Notes: a model not told the origin generated them from the sequence alone. Counted from the first letter of the stretch, positions 53,300 to 63,013 are shown. The stretch is 64,000 bases of DNA from a virus (IMGVR_UViG_3300027126_000001); one strand, 5' to 3'. Translations and numbers: made by a program.

Positions 53300-54106
53300 T
53301 TATTGTGCTCTATGTGCAAAATACCTGGTTGTGTATACATTGTCTATTCTCCTAACTGATGTTAGTTTGCCTGCTTTTAAGAATGGTTTTCCAAAATTAA
53401 CATCTACCCACTCCAGCTTCCCTGTTATTCCCGGGTCTCCTTTTACTCCAGATGATGTATTTACAATCTTCCCTGTTCCGTAATTGTCATGTGTAAATGT
53501 AGCGTCTTTTCTATAGTCCGTTCTTATTTTGTATGGAAGTTCTTCTTGTGTTACTTCTGCCTTGTCTAACCCAATCTCAATATCATCTGCTGCTTGTTTT
53601 ATGTCTATAATGTAGTCTGAGTTTATAGTTCTACCAATATCTATTGGATAGGTCAGTACTTTAGGATCTGCTTCACCTTTAGCAACTTTTTCCTCTAAAT
53701 GCTCTCTTGTCTGTGTTACCAGGTCTGCACCTTTCGGCACTACCATCACTGTTACCAGGCTATCTCCAATCTTAACAATTACGTAGGTATTACCTGTATT
53801 TTCCTTGTTTTTATCTCTTGTTTTTGTTACTAGGTATATAGGGTAGTTTTTTCCGTTATTTTGCAAATATGGAGTAAGTATCGGCAGTGCTTTAACTACA
53901 CTTCCTGCCTGTTTTGCTGTAGATGTCTCAAAAGCTCTTAATACCTTTAGTAACCTTTCTCGTATAAGATTTTTTAAATTCGGTATAACCTTCTCTCTTG
54001 TATAAGGTGTTAATGCTTCGGAAGGAACCTGTATATCTACTATTTGAGATCTATCTTCTTTCCTTTCTTTGTAGTGTATTGTCTGTATTATCTCTAATAA
54101 TTTCAT
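53300..54106 (-). CDS. Hypothetical protein (MKLLEIIQ leader)
   Basis: 268-aa ORF. Confidence 0.75.
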   Translation of the reverse strand: MKLLEIIQTIHYKERKEDRSQIVDIQVPSEALTPYTREKVIPNLKNLIRERLLKVLRAFETSTAKQAGSVVKALPILTPYLQNNGKNYPIYLVTKTRDKNKENTGNTYVIVKIGDSLVTVMVVPKGADLVTQTREHLEEKVAKGEADPKVLTYPIDIGRTINSDYIIDIKQAADDIEIGLDKAEVTQEELPYKIRTDYRKDATFTHDNYGTGKIVNTSSGVKGDPGITGKLEWVDVNFGKPFLKAGKLTSVRRIDNVYTTRYFAHRAQ

Positions 54107-54108
54107 AC

Positions 54109-54684
54109 CTATAATCCTGTTGGTGTTTCTTCTTCTGGGCTTCCTGTTGGTTCTTCAAAAGGTGTTTCTTCAGTTGGTGCTTCTCCACCTGCTTCTCCAC
54201 CTGGAAATTCTCCTCCTGCTCCTCCTGCTGGTGGTTCTGCTGCAAAGTCTTCTCCTCCTGGTTCTTCACCTTGGGTAATTGGTCCGTCTCTAAGTATTCT
54301 GTTTAGGCTGTCAAGTGCTTGTTGATATGTTGAAGTAGTTGCTAAATGATATGATTTACCTTCTATATTTGCATCAAACTGCAAGTAGTATTCCGGGTCG
54401 TTTGGGTCTAACTTACTGCTTTGTGGTTTGCCTGTCCACTTCAACTTGAATGACTGTCCGTTTTTAAGTACAACCTGAAAAGTAGATGGTTTAGGTGATA
54501 GCCATTTTACATCTTCTACAAACTCATCAAATTCACTAGTCATTAATGTTTTTAAAGTCTTTTGTACTGGAGGAAATTTTCCTAAGATTTCTTGTGTAGA
54601 TGTTTTTAGCACAGGTGCTTCTGCTTCCCTTAATACCTCTACGTATGCTTCTAATATTATCTTTTTTAAATCCGATTTTTTCAT
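54109..54684 (-). CDS. Hypothetical protein ([12 protein letters not shown] leader; acidic Gly/Pro tail)
   Basis: 191-aa ORF. Confidence 0.75.
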   Translation of the reverse strand: MKKSDLKKIILEAYVEVLREAEAPVLKTSTQEILGKFPPVQKTLKTLMTSEFDEFVEDVKWLSPKPSTFQVVLKNGQSFKLKWTGKPQSSKLDPNDPEYYLQFDANIEGKSYHLATTSTYQQALDSLNRILRDGPITQGEEPGGEDFAAEPPAGGAGGEFPGGEAGGEAPTEETPFEEPTGSPEEETPTGL

Positions 54685-55637
54685 TAGTCTCTATATTTGC
54701 AGTTACTTTTACCTGTATTGTATGGAGTTGGATGTGCTGTTCCTTTTACGTGAGTATGTCCACATTTATGGCAACAGGTACCTTTCTTTTCATTCAAAGC
54801 CATTGTAGTTATAACTGTGCTGTCTATTTGATTTGTTTTTTCTTCTCCATCTAAATATCCGTAAGCTGCTTGTAAATAGTCGTATGCTTTTATAATTTTA
54901 GCTTGCCACCAGTGTGGAAAATCTACTTCTCCTGCTTTTTCGTATGCATCCAATTGCTTGTATAGCATTGAAGCCATTTTAGCAATTCTGTATACATCAC
55001 TTTTTAGCATTGCTGGTTCGTTGTCTTGATGTCCTACATCTAAGTCTTCTGCTATGTTTTTATTTAATTGTGAAGGATCTGTTGGTGCTTGCATTGCTGC
55101 CATATCATCATACTCTTCATCTGAAGGTTGTGATACATATTTTACCATTGCATCTGATAGCTTGTCTTCTAGCGCTGGTGTTGTAAGAGATACTTCGTTT
55201 CCTTGAGTGATTAAAAAATTACACAATTTCATATCCTCATTACCCATGTCTAGGTTTATTGACTTTGTTTGTGGGTCCAGTGTAAATCTAAAAGTATCGT
55301 GTCCTTTGTCTTGTCCATACTGAACGTGTATGTTAAATTTATTAACCCCTAGTCCAGTTAGTTTAATTGCTTTTAACTCATCTCCTTGAGCTCGTAATAC
55401 TTTAACTAATGATTTAGCTACTTCTTTTCCTACAGCTGCAGATTCCTCAGTGGTGTATTTTCTAATTACCTCTTCTTTTATCTTCTTACCATCTCCTGTC
55501 TCAATTGATTTGATATCTTGGTTATTTTTTAAAGATGTTAGTTCTTGATCAGTTTGGTAGTCCATTGTCTTCTTCTCACCTTTTGCTGTCTGTATAAAAG
55601 CTGTCTTTTCTTCTACTAGTTTCATTAATTTTTTCAT
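54684..55637 (-). CDS. Modular hypothetical protein
   Basis: 317 aa; [10 protein letters not shown]...[10 protein letters not shown] segment; Cys/His-rich C-terminus. Confidence 0.75.
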   Translation of the reverse strand: MKKLMKLVEEKTAFIQTAKGEKKTMDYQTDQELTSLKNNQDIKSIETGDGKKIKEEVIRKYTTEESAAVGKEVAKSLVKVLRAQGDELKAIKLTGLGVNKFNIHVQYGQDKGHDTFRFTLDPQTKSINLDMGNEDMKLCNFLITQGNEVSLTTPALEDKLSDAMVKYVSQPSDEEYDDMAAMQAPTDPSQLNKNIAEDLDVGHQDNEPAMLKSDVYRIAKMASMLYKQLDAYEKAGEVDFPHWWQAKIIKAYDYLQAAYGYLDGEEKTNQIDSTVITTMALNEKKGTCCHKCGHTHVKGTAHPTPYNTGKSNCKYRD

Positions 55638-55697
55638 ATTTCGATTATCTAAAGATAGGTACTTATGTTCATATATACAAATAAATAGTATAACTTT

Positions 55698-56456
55698 TTA
55701 CTGACAGTGGTAGTTTAAGTACCTCTGTAATGCTTTTGCATAATGTGTTCCTTTGTCTTCTAACTTATTTCTCTCCTGCATCACTTTTGTACATGAAAGT
55801 TTTCCTAATCTTTTTTTTAAAATACCAGGCGATACGGGGTCATGTACTCCTTCTTCTAGTGCTATTACCGGATTAGATGTCATAAAATTAGGTTTCCTCA
55901 TTATCGTCTTTGCAATAGCTTGATTAACTTGTGACATGAATGGAATATTTATATCTGTTCTCCTATCCTTAACTACAAATTCATGGTACTTTTTGATAAA
56001 ATTAATAAACTGCTCTTTTTTGTTTGATAGTCTTGCAAAAAAATCTAATAGTTCTGATGTTGTAATTTCTTTTCCGTTTCTAGGATCTACTAATCTATCG
56101 AAGAAGTGTTTTCCAAATTCCAAATCTACAGGGTCTAGCTCATCATCCGCATACCTCTCTACAGACCTCATATCTGCCATCTCTTCTATCGATGATAGTT
56201 TATCGTAGTACTGCGGATCTTCGTATACATGGTCAAAGGCAATTTCCATTGCTATGTCAGCATCTGTGGTGTGCTCCATCTCAACTTTAACCCCTTTTAT
56301 TATTTGCTGTATAATACGGTTGATAGGTAATTTGTGCATTTGTGCTAAATCTCCTATAGTTGCGTACTGTGATAGTCCTCCCGGTAGGTTGTTAGGTGCA
56401 ACTGTTGTTGAATCTAATACTTCCTTAATTATTTTTTTTATCTGATTTTTTTTCAT
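55698..56456 (-). CDS. Modular hypothetical protein
   Basis: KGVKVEMEHT...IAFDHVYEDPQYY module plus KHFFDRLVDPRN module. Confidence 0.75.
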   Translation of the reverse strand: MKKNQIKKIIKEVLDSTTVAPNNLPGGLSQYATIGDLAQMHKLPINRIIQQIIKGVKVEMEHTTDADIAMEIAFDHVYEDPQYYDKLSSIEEMADMRSVERYADDELDPVDLEFGKHFFDRLVDPRNGKEITTSELLDFFARLSNKKEQFINFIKKYHEFVVKDRRTDINIPFMSQVNQAIAKTIMRKPNFMTSNPVIALEEGVHDPVSPGILKKRLGKLSCTKVMQERNKLEDKGTHYAKALQRYLNYHCQ

Positions 56457-57069
56457 TCTCTAGAGTATAGTAGTATATGTTTTCATTACCTTTTTCCATT
56501 GTCCATTTATCTGAAACTGATTCACAAAACCATTCTTTATTATCAATCATCCAATCCGGTTTATCTGGAAATGTTTGAGTTACAAAGGACATATCTCTCC
56601 ACATTAACCTATTATTAGGTTGAAGAGTGAAGTTTCCGTTATCTAATTTAATTAGATGTGCAGCTTTATATTGTGTTGGTTCGTTAGAGTACGGATTATT
56701 GTACCAGTCAAAAGTCATAATATAATTTCCCCACTCTTTACTCCCGTCTTTAAATATTGCTTTTACTCTTGATTGCAGTAAGTAGTCATACACTGTACAT
56801 GATACATCATGTCCAAAACAGTCCCATAATTGTAAATGGTCTAAAGCCATTCTAGGAGCATCATCTTTCCAAGCAAGCATATGAATTGGAACTCTCGATC
56901 TAACAGCTCCTTCATCAGTCATTACATGAAAGGTAAGTGCTCTTCCCCCTACAGACTGTGCTCCGAATACTATTACATCTTGCATACCTTCTCTCCCGTC
57001 ATGCTGGTAGAGGTGTTCTACTCTCATCTTAGCATAGAAATGTGTTATGGATGTATTTAGTGTTGACAT
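56425..57069 (-). CDS. Conserved phage hypothetical protein
   Basis: 214-aa ORF; LQLWDCF, HLIKLDNGNFTLQPNNR. Confidence 0.75.
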   Translation of the reverse strand: MSTLNTSITHFYAKMRVEHLYQHDGREGMQDVIVFGAQSVGGRALTFHVMTDEGAVRSRVPIHMLAWKDDAPRMALDHLQLWDCFGHDVSCTVYDYLLQSRVKAIFKDGSKEWGNYIMTFDWYNNPYSNEPTQYKAAHLIKLDNGNFTLQPNNRLMWRDMSFVTQTFPDKPDWMIDNKEWFCESVSDKWTMEKGNENIYYYTLENEKKSDKKNN

Positions 57070-57383
57070 TATTTGTTTTTTATTAACAGTTCTCCTAATA
57101 CTTCTAAGCGTCCTACCTCTCTTTGAAATTCAATTTGAGACATATCTAAAGAAATCTTTTTATAGGTTTCTTCAAATTCTTTCTTTGCCTTTTCAAAATC
57201 GAGTTTTCCTTCAGAAGCTTTTCTATAATAAGGAGCTTTCACTTTAAAATGATGCCAGGTTAGTAGAGCTAATCCTCCTTTTTCTCTAGCATTTGATGCT
57301 ATTTTTGCAGCACCTTCTCCTCTAGTTTTAGCAAAGTCTTCTAGTACTTCTTTTGCTTCTTTTAATAATTGTAGTAGCTTCAT
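57069..57383 (-). CDS. Hypothetical protein (MKLLQLLKE leader)
   Basis: Start moved to the Met just after the upstream stop. Confidence 0.7.
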   Translation of the reverse strand: MKLLQLLKEAKEVLEDFAKTRGEGAAKIASNAREKGGLALLTWHHFKVKAPYYRKASEGKLDFEKAKKEFEETYKKISLDMSQIEFQREVGRLEVLGELLIKNK

Positions 57384-57384
57384 A

Positions 57385-57855
57385 TTATTTGGTTTTACCC
57401 CAAGTTTTACCTTTTCCTTTTGTTCTACATTGAGCAGGTGTTGGTCTACATGCTGGGTATTTTGATCTTTTTTCTCCTTCTTGTCTTCCGCAGGATTTAT
57501 ACCCTCCTTTTCCATCAGGTGCATTACAGTCAACCCATCCTTTAGATTTACCTTTTGCTCCTTTTCTTGAAAACCATTTGTGAAGGGTTTCATCTTCTTG
57601 TAGTAGTTCCTGGATTGCTTGTTTTACTTTTGCATATCCTGAACCATATGGTGCTGCCTTACCGGCTTGAGGATCATCTGCTTCTTTTATATCTTTCCAG
57701 ATATCTCCTTTTCTACATCTTACAATAGCCCCTGATCTGTATGCTGAGGGTTTATCGTATTTTGTTCTAGCGATACGCAAGCATCTGTCTGCTTTTTCTT
57801 CAGATAAAACTTCTTTAATTAGTTGTGCTATATATGCCTTACTTACCTTGTCCAC
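57385..57855 (-). CDS. Basic Cys-containing modular protein
   Basis: LIKEVLSEE, LLQE linkers; WVDC...SCGR...KYPACRPT. Confidence 0.7.
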   Translation of the reverse strand: MDKVSKAYIAQLIKEVLSEEKADRCLRIARTKYDKPSAYRSGAIVRCRKGDIWKDIKEADDPQAGKAAPYGSGYAKVKQAIQELLQEDETLHKWFSRKGAKGKSKGWVDCNAPDGKGGYKSCGRQEGEKRSKYPACRPTPAQCRTKGKGKTWGKTK

Positions 57856-57982
57856 GGTATAGTTTTTTATAGTTTTTCGAACTCTTCAGAGAAGATGTCT
57901 TAGATTTAGCATGAACGCCTGGTCTTGATACTTTTGGTGTGTCTACTTTTGCAACTGTAGAAGATGTTTTAGCTTTTGCCAT
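57839..57982 (-). CDS. 47-aa basic peptide ending YRGQGK (absent from ORF track)
   Basis: MAKAKTSS...RPGVHAKSK...KNYKKLYRGQGK; TATTTAT 19 nt upstream. Confidence 0.65.
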   Translation of the reverse strand: MAKAKTSSTVAKVDTPKVSRPGVHAKSKTSSLKSSKNYKKLYRGQGK

Positions 57983-58010
57983 GGTAATTTATCTTTTACA
58001 ATAAATATCG

Positions 58011-58598
58011 TCAATCTTCTAAATGTCTTTTAGCGTGTTGTAAAAAATCTTTTAACCCCTCTGTTAATTGGTTGTTTCTCTGACTTGTGTTATTATTCCA
58101 AGCCTCTACATCCCCCTGTTCAGTTACAAAAGTATCCGTAGTGTTTATACTATCTAGTATAAATGCCTCTACATCCTGTAAGAACGCTTGTAAGCTTCCT
58201 CTAATCATAGCTTTCTCATAACTATCGTATAATCCTGCTTTTCTTAATTCTGCTTCATACTCTACAGTGCATGGATCGAAACAAAAACCATGAATTTTAT
58301 ACATCTTCTGTGCAAGATGGTGCTTCATAGGGCCTCCACATTTCGGACATGTTAGCGGTATTTGTAATGCCTTTTTTGCAGCATCTAATTTTGTAATATT
58401 CTGTCTTATACCATTCTTAATAGTCCAAGTTCTACCACTCTCTTCCCAGATATCTCCTTCTTTGTATGCAGTATAGGCTTTTTCGTAACCTGTTCCGTCT
58501 ACGGTTTTTGCTGAGAAGTCTTTTGTGATAAGGTTTCTTGCTCTATTTACGTCTTTTGATTTGAATTCTTTTTTAAGTAAGCTCTCGCCCATAACCAA
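58011..58598 (-). CDS. Hypothetical protein with CxxC/CxxxC motif
   Basis: EGDIWEESGRTWTIKNG; CPKC...CFDPC. Confidence 0.75.
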   Translation of the reverse strand: MVMGESLLKKEFKSKDVNRARNLITKDFSAKTVDGTGYEKAYTAYKEGDIWEESGRTWTIKNGIRQNITKLDAAKKALQIPLTCPKCGGPMKHHLAQKMYKIHGFCFDPCTVEYEAELRKAGLYDSYEKAMIRGSLQAFLQDVEAFILDSINTTDTFVTEQGDVEAWNNNTSQRNNQLTEGLKDFLQHAKRHLED

Positions 58599-59151
58599 GT
58601 TCTTTTAATGTGTTAATAACTGATTGTATTTCTCCGTCCTTCACCTCTAGGGCTATCCCTCCTTTAGCAGTAAATGCTTGTAGGTTTGAAGGCTTGTCGT
58701 CTATTAGTATAGCTTTTTGGTTTGCAAAATCCGACTTAGCATCTCCAAATCTAAATTCGACAGGAGGTGCTGGTGTTAGATGATCCTTTACCCATATTCT
58801 CTTCCCCAGTCTTGATGTGTTCTGTCTTGATGGTGATGTCAGTATTATTGGGCTATATGGCTGTATAAAAGACCATAGCTGTCTTCCATTTGGCATCCAA
58901 TTCATACCTGACCAAAATTCTAGTCCTATATGATTATCTATAAAGTTCCAAAATTCTTCTGCACCTTCTAATGCTTCAAAATGTTTTGGACGAGTTACTT
59001 GGTTTATAACTTCTTTTGAATAGTATTTTGGACCTTCCTGTCTTAACATTTCAACAAATCTATTTTCAAAATCTGTCAATACTCCATCCATGTCACAGTA
59101 TATCTGGTAGGTGGGGTATGCTTCTAATAACTCTATAAGGCTTGTTCCCAT
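58573..59151 (-). CDS. HAD-family 5'(3')-deoxyribonucleotidase-like protein
   Basis: YCDMDGVLTDF, ILTSP, GKRIWV, LIDDKPSN. Confidence 0.85.
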   Translation of the reverse strand: MGTSLIELLEAYPTYQIYCDMDGVLTDFENRFVEMLRQEGPKYYSKEVINQVTRPKHFEALEGAEEFWNFIDNHIGLEFWSGMNWMPNGRQLWSFIQPYSPIILTSPSRQNTSRLGKRIWVKDHLTPAPPVEFRFGDAKSDFANQKAILIDDKPSNLQAFTAKGGIALEVKDGEIQSVINTLKELGYGRELT

Positions 59152-59507
59152 ATTTTACTCCAATTTTCTTCTTGCTGTCTTGCCGCTACTTCGTACGGGT
59201 GATTATCATATGTATACCCTTGCTTATAATACCTTGTCATCCACGACGGTGATTGTAGGTAGTGCTGGTATTCATGTATCACTGTTCTTACCAGTTCCTC
59301 TAAGCTATTAATATTCCTATAGTATACAACTATTTCGTTTAGTATGTAGCAGAATTCTCCCTTGACATCGTCCGGGGTATCGCTACTCACGTATATATAC
59401 GGAAAACATTTCTGGTGGTTTGACATTCCGTACATTTGCTCTATTGCTGTTATAAACTGTTCGATATAATTAGCAATATCCCTTTTTGTAACCTTTTTCT
59501 TTATCAT
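59133..59507 (-). CDS. Small zincin-like (HExxH) protein
   Basis: VIHEYQHYLQ...HPYEVAA. Confidence 0.75.
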   Translation of the reverse strand: MIKKKVTKRDIANYIEQFITAIEQMYGMSNHQKCFPYIYVSSDTPDDVKGEFCYILNEIVVYYRNINSLEELVRTVIHEYQHYLQSPSWMTRYYKQGYTYDNHPYEVAARQQEENWSKIWEQAL

Positions 59508-59522
59508 AACTTATTTTTCTTT

Positions 59523-60254
59523 CTAACTCTTTATACTATCTTCCCAATTTCTAAATATAATATTTCCTTCTAGGTAAGCTTCTTTTTCTATTTCCCTAAG
59601 GTAATCATCTTCGTTAGTGTTACTTGTACCAATTCCCTCTAACCTTCCTTCTAGGTTCTGCATATGATGAATCATTTCGTGAGTAAACGACCTACATACG
59701 TCTTTAGGGTGTCTTCCTAAAGTAAAAAGTACTACTTCTTTCCCATTTGGACTATAGTACGCTGTTTTACCGAAGAAGTTTTTAGCTTCTTCTTCATCTT
59801 CTCTTACTTTAATATTCGGAAGAGGTGTTATATTCATACCTTGGTCAATCATGTACTCCAAGATTGAAGCAATATACGGAGAATAGTTAAACTTCTCCTG
59901 TACATTCTCCGGCATTGTTTTTTGGTATGGGGTATAATCCCATCCTAGTTGTGAATCCATTACTCTTGTAATGTAAATTCTATCTTGTTGAAAATCTAAG
60001 TTAAACTTATGAGTATCCACTAATTTTCTTAACTCCTGGTATAAATGTTCTAGGTCTGCCCTATCCTTTGAAGATATCGCTGATGAAGCAGCAATGGGTG
60101 TTCCTGATGCTCCTTCTTTTATTTGCGCTCTTTCAGCTGTTTCTATAGAAAAGTTCACAAGTACCTTATCGATTGTATCTGCCATTTTTTTTTCTATTGA
60201 AATCTCTTTTTTCTGAAAGTCTTTTTTAAACTGTTCAACAAAGTTAAGTATCAT
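59523..60254 (-). CDS. Protein with C-terminal zincin-like (HExxH) domain
   Basis: FTHEMIHHMQ...EKEAYLEG. Confidence 0.7.
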   Translation of the reverse strand: MILNFVEQFKKDFQKKEISIEKKMADTIDKVLVNFSIETAERAQIKEGASGTPIAASSAISSKDRADLEHLYQELRKLVDTHKFNLDFQQDRIYITRVMDSQLGWDYTPYQKTMPENVQEKFNYSPYIASILEYMIDQGMNITPLPNIKVREDEEEAKNFFGKTAYYSPNGKEVVLFTLGRHPKDVCRSFTHEMIHHMQNLEGRLEGIGTSNTNEDDYLREIEKEAYLEGNIIFRNWEDSIKS

Positions 60255-60320
60255 TTATCTAATGTTTATGTGTGTGTTAATATTCTCCTAATATCCAACG
60301 GTTATATTAAATAAATAGTA

Positions 60321-61103
60321 TTAAAGTTTAATAGAGACTGGGTAGCTTATAAATTTAGGTTCTGTTGTTGGGTTTTCAATTTCGTACAACCTGTATATCA
60401 GCTTAAATAATTCAAAGTTCTCTTCTATATTATCGATTACTTTTAATTCCCACCCTTTACCTTGTATCTTCTTACCACTCTTATCTTCCCCTCTTGTAGC
60501 AGCTTTTAACCAAAGTATAGCTGTCCTATCTATTTTAATTTCCTTTGTCTCTTCAATAGATTTAGCATAAGCTGCAAGCTGTAGGTCGTACGATTTGTGA
60601 AGACTGTTAGATGTCTTAAAGTCAATTAGCCAATTCTCGTCATTTATCTTAACAACTAGGTCAGCAGTACCTGCATACCTGTGCTCGTCGGAATAAGTAA
60701 ACTCCTCTGTAAATATTAATTCCGGTTTTGCTATATCCCAGAATTGTTTAAACTTAAGTATCATTCCCCAAACCAATTCGTTATATCGAGCATTCCCATA
60801 ATCATCCATCCACTGAATTTCTTTTCCTTCCAGTAGTTCTTCAATTGCATTATGTACTTGAGTACCCTCATCTCCAGCTCTTCTCATAATGATATCTGCA
60901 TTATGGCCTACATCTTTCATCCAGTTTTCAAAGAATTTATTCTTTGGCATGTATTGAAGGATAGATGTAACAGAAGGGTAGAATAGTTCCTCCGATCTTT
61001 GATAGACTCTGTTATCTAAGAAGTTAATTTGTTTTAGTTCTGGTTTAAAATCTAATCTTTTTTTAGCATGCTCTGATAGAACATTTTGTCCTTTTTGTAT
61101 CAT
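60321..61103 (-). CDS. PD-(D/E)xK exonuclease
   Basis: YPSVTSIL, GTQVH, YAGTADLV, LIDFKTS, QLAAYA. Confidence 0.88.
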   Translation of the reverse strand: MIQKGQNVLSEHAKKRLDFKPELKQINFLDNRVYQRSEELFYPSVTSILQYMPKNKFFENWMKDVGHNADIIMRRAGDEGTQVHNAIEELLEGKEIQWMDDYGNARYNELVWGMILKFKQFWDIAKPELIFTEEFTYSDEHRYAGTADLVVKINDENWLIDFKTSNSLHKSYDLQLAAYAKSIEETKEIKIDRTAILWLKAATRGEDKSGKKIQGKGWELKVIDNIEENFELFKLIYRLYEIENPTTEPKFISYPVSIKL

Positions 61104-61104
61104 A

Positions 61105-62025
61105 TTATGATAGTTTATAGCGGAGTAACTTTCCGAAGTCCATTTCCTCTGCCTGTTGTACATATCGAGTAAAGCTTGCAAAGCCCATCTCGCTTGGATC
61201 TTTATCTTGCATATCTACTAGATATACTTTCTTTCCCATATTCAGAAACTGTTCTGTATATGAGAGTGCTTTTTTAAATGCGTCCCTGTCTAGGGCTACA
61301 TATATATCTTCTACCTGGCTTGATAATATCTTTTTTATCAAAGATTTTGATAAAGACTTACCAAGTATTGGTACTGCGTTTCTTTTTACTGCTATTGCAT
61401 CAAATACCCCTTCTACCAGGATTATGGGCTGGGCCCAGTTAATAAGGTTCTCAAAGACTATTATATCTTTAGAACTCTCTGGACCCCTATATTTGTGGTA
61501 TGCATCTTCGTAGGTTCTTCCTACAAATGTATTTAATTGATTATTCTCATTATATGAAGGGATAATAACTCTTCCGGTATATTCTCCTGAGGTGCAGTAC
61601 CCTATATTATATTTTAGGAAGTCTCTATCGGTAAAACCTCTTTTATAGAGATATCTCCTTACTTTATTTGCTATAATAGATGTGGTTGATGCTGTATATA
61701 GGGCTTGAAACTCTTTGGGAAGTTCTACAGAAGTTACAGGAGCATACCCTATTTCGTCACCTTTTCTTACATATTTAAGTATTTCATATGCTTGTTCGGC
61801 AGGTACTTGTAACTGCTTAAGTAGGGACTTAATTGTACGTCCTTTAAACCCACATACCCAGCATTCAAAAGGATTCTCTCCTTTTTCATTGGTATGCATA
61901 TTTACCTCTAACTTCGGTTTATGGTGGTTACATTTTGGACAGGTAAAAGCATAGTTCTCCCTAGCTCTTTTGTGAGATTTTCCTAAAACATTTTCTATGA
62001 AACCTAATAGTATTTTACTGCTCAT
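61105..62025 (-). CDS. DNA primase (Zn ribbon plus TOPRIM)
   Basis: CPKC...CWVC; RVIIP; LVEGVFDA; LDRD; DKDPSE. Confidence 0.9.
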   Translation of the reverse strand: MSSKILLGFIENVLGKSHKRARENYAFTCPKCNHHKPKLEVNMHTNEKGENPFECWVCGFKGRTIKSLLKQLQVPAEQAYEILKYVRKGDEIGYAPVTSVELPKEFQALYTASTTSIIANKVRRYLYKRGFTDRDFLKYNIGYCTSGEYTGRVIIPSYNENNQLNTFVGRTYEDAYHKYRGPESSKDIIVFENLINWAQPIILVEGVFDAIAVKRNAVPILGKSLSKSLIKKILSSQVEDIYVALDRDAFKKALSYTEQFLNMGKKVYLVDMQDKDPSEMGFASFTRYVQQAEEMDFGKLLRYKLS

Positions 62026-62051
62026 ATACACGTACATAACTGTTTGACATT

Positions 62052-62086
62052 TTAATATATGAAAAAAGGCTTGAATAAACAAGCCT
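62052..62086 (-). promoter_or_regulatory. Overlapping terminator and promoter
   Basis: AAGGCTTG/CAAGCCTT plus T run; TTG-N20-TATATTAA. Confidence 0.75.
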
Positions 62087-62097
62087 TGTTTTATATT

Positions 62098-62526
62098 TTA
62101 TACGTCTGTCATTTTTAAACTACCTTTATCATCTGTCATGAAGTTATCAGGCCTGATATCTAGCTCTTCTGGATCTATTCCTAAACTCTCTGCCTCTTGT
62201 TCGAGTTTCTCAATAAATTGTTCGGGAATTTCTCCACTATATGGATTCATATTTGGCATTGAGATTATTGCTAGTTTTGGATTTACAACCTCTACATCTA
62301 AAATAGGTACAAAGTACTTTGTTTTTTTTCCTTGTAGAATTTGAGCATGTTCAATCTCTACTTCATCAGAGGTTACTTTCTTCACAATATTTCCGACTAG
62401 GTATACTGATCCGTAGTCACCTGCTCCTAAGTATTCTCCTCCTTGGTCGATAATATTATTTACCCTTTCCTTATATTCTCGGGAAGGATCAATTACTTCT
62501 CTTAGTATTTGAAGTATACTAACCAT
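62098..62526 (-). CDS. Minimal protein-kinase-like protein (142 aa)
   Basis: LGAGDYGSVY Gly loop, IVKK, LDIRPDNF catalytic loop, ends KMTDV*. Confidence 0.75.
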   Translation of the reverse strand: MVSILQILREVIDPSREYKERVNNIIDQGGEYLGAGDYGSVYLVGNIVKKVTSDEVEIEHAQILQGKKTKYFVPILDVEVVNPKLAIISMPNMNPYSGEIPEQFIEKLEQEAESLGIDPEELDIRPDNFMTDDKGSLKMTDV

Positions 62527-63013
62527 TGCTATGTACAGAATCCACAAACTGTTGAATTCCTTGTCTAAATTGTGAATCAACATCGTATACACTTGATACT
62601 TGTTTTTCCACATATTCAGGTGTGAAACTATCCATTGGGATTACTGCTGCTTGTTTTACTGGAAGTCCTCCTTTTGAAGGGTATATTGCTAACCCAACTG
62701 TTCCGTCTGGGTGGATGAAAGCATTTAGTAGGTCTTTTATATATGGGTGTTTTGAGTAAACATTTTTAACACCTTCTCCTTCGTAAATTGGATCTTCTCC
62801 TCTAAGAATTCTATCTACATTGTCGGGATTTGCCTTATCTAAAATTGCATTTCCTCTTTGTGGATCTCCTTGATATTTCTCATCTTCTCCTTTTGCAATT
62901 TTGGTTAGAATTTGCATGAATTCATCAGGTGTTCCTCCCTTTGTTTTTCCTAAGTACTTTGAATACCCTTGAAGCTCTTCTTTAATTATACCTACCAGTT
63001 GTGATCTTTTCAT
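62519..63013 (-). CDS. Hypothetical protein (MKRSQLVGIIKEE leader)
   Basis: 164-aa ORF. Confidence 0.75.
   Translation of the reverse strand: MKRSQLVGIIKEELQGYSKYLGKTKGGTPDEFMQILTKIAKGEDEKYQGDPQRGNAILDKANPDNVDRILRGEDPIYEGEGVKNVYSKHPYIKDLLNAFIHPDGTVGLAIYPSKGGLPVKQAAVIPMDSFTPEYVEKQVSSVYDVDSQFRQGIQQFVDSVHSNG

Noticed and set aside
60321-61103. Cas4 / CRISPR adaptation gene
   Set aside because: Lacks the Fe-S cysteine cluster; ordinary phage PD-(D/E)xK exonuclease beside primase
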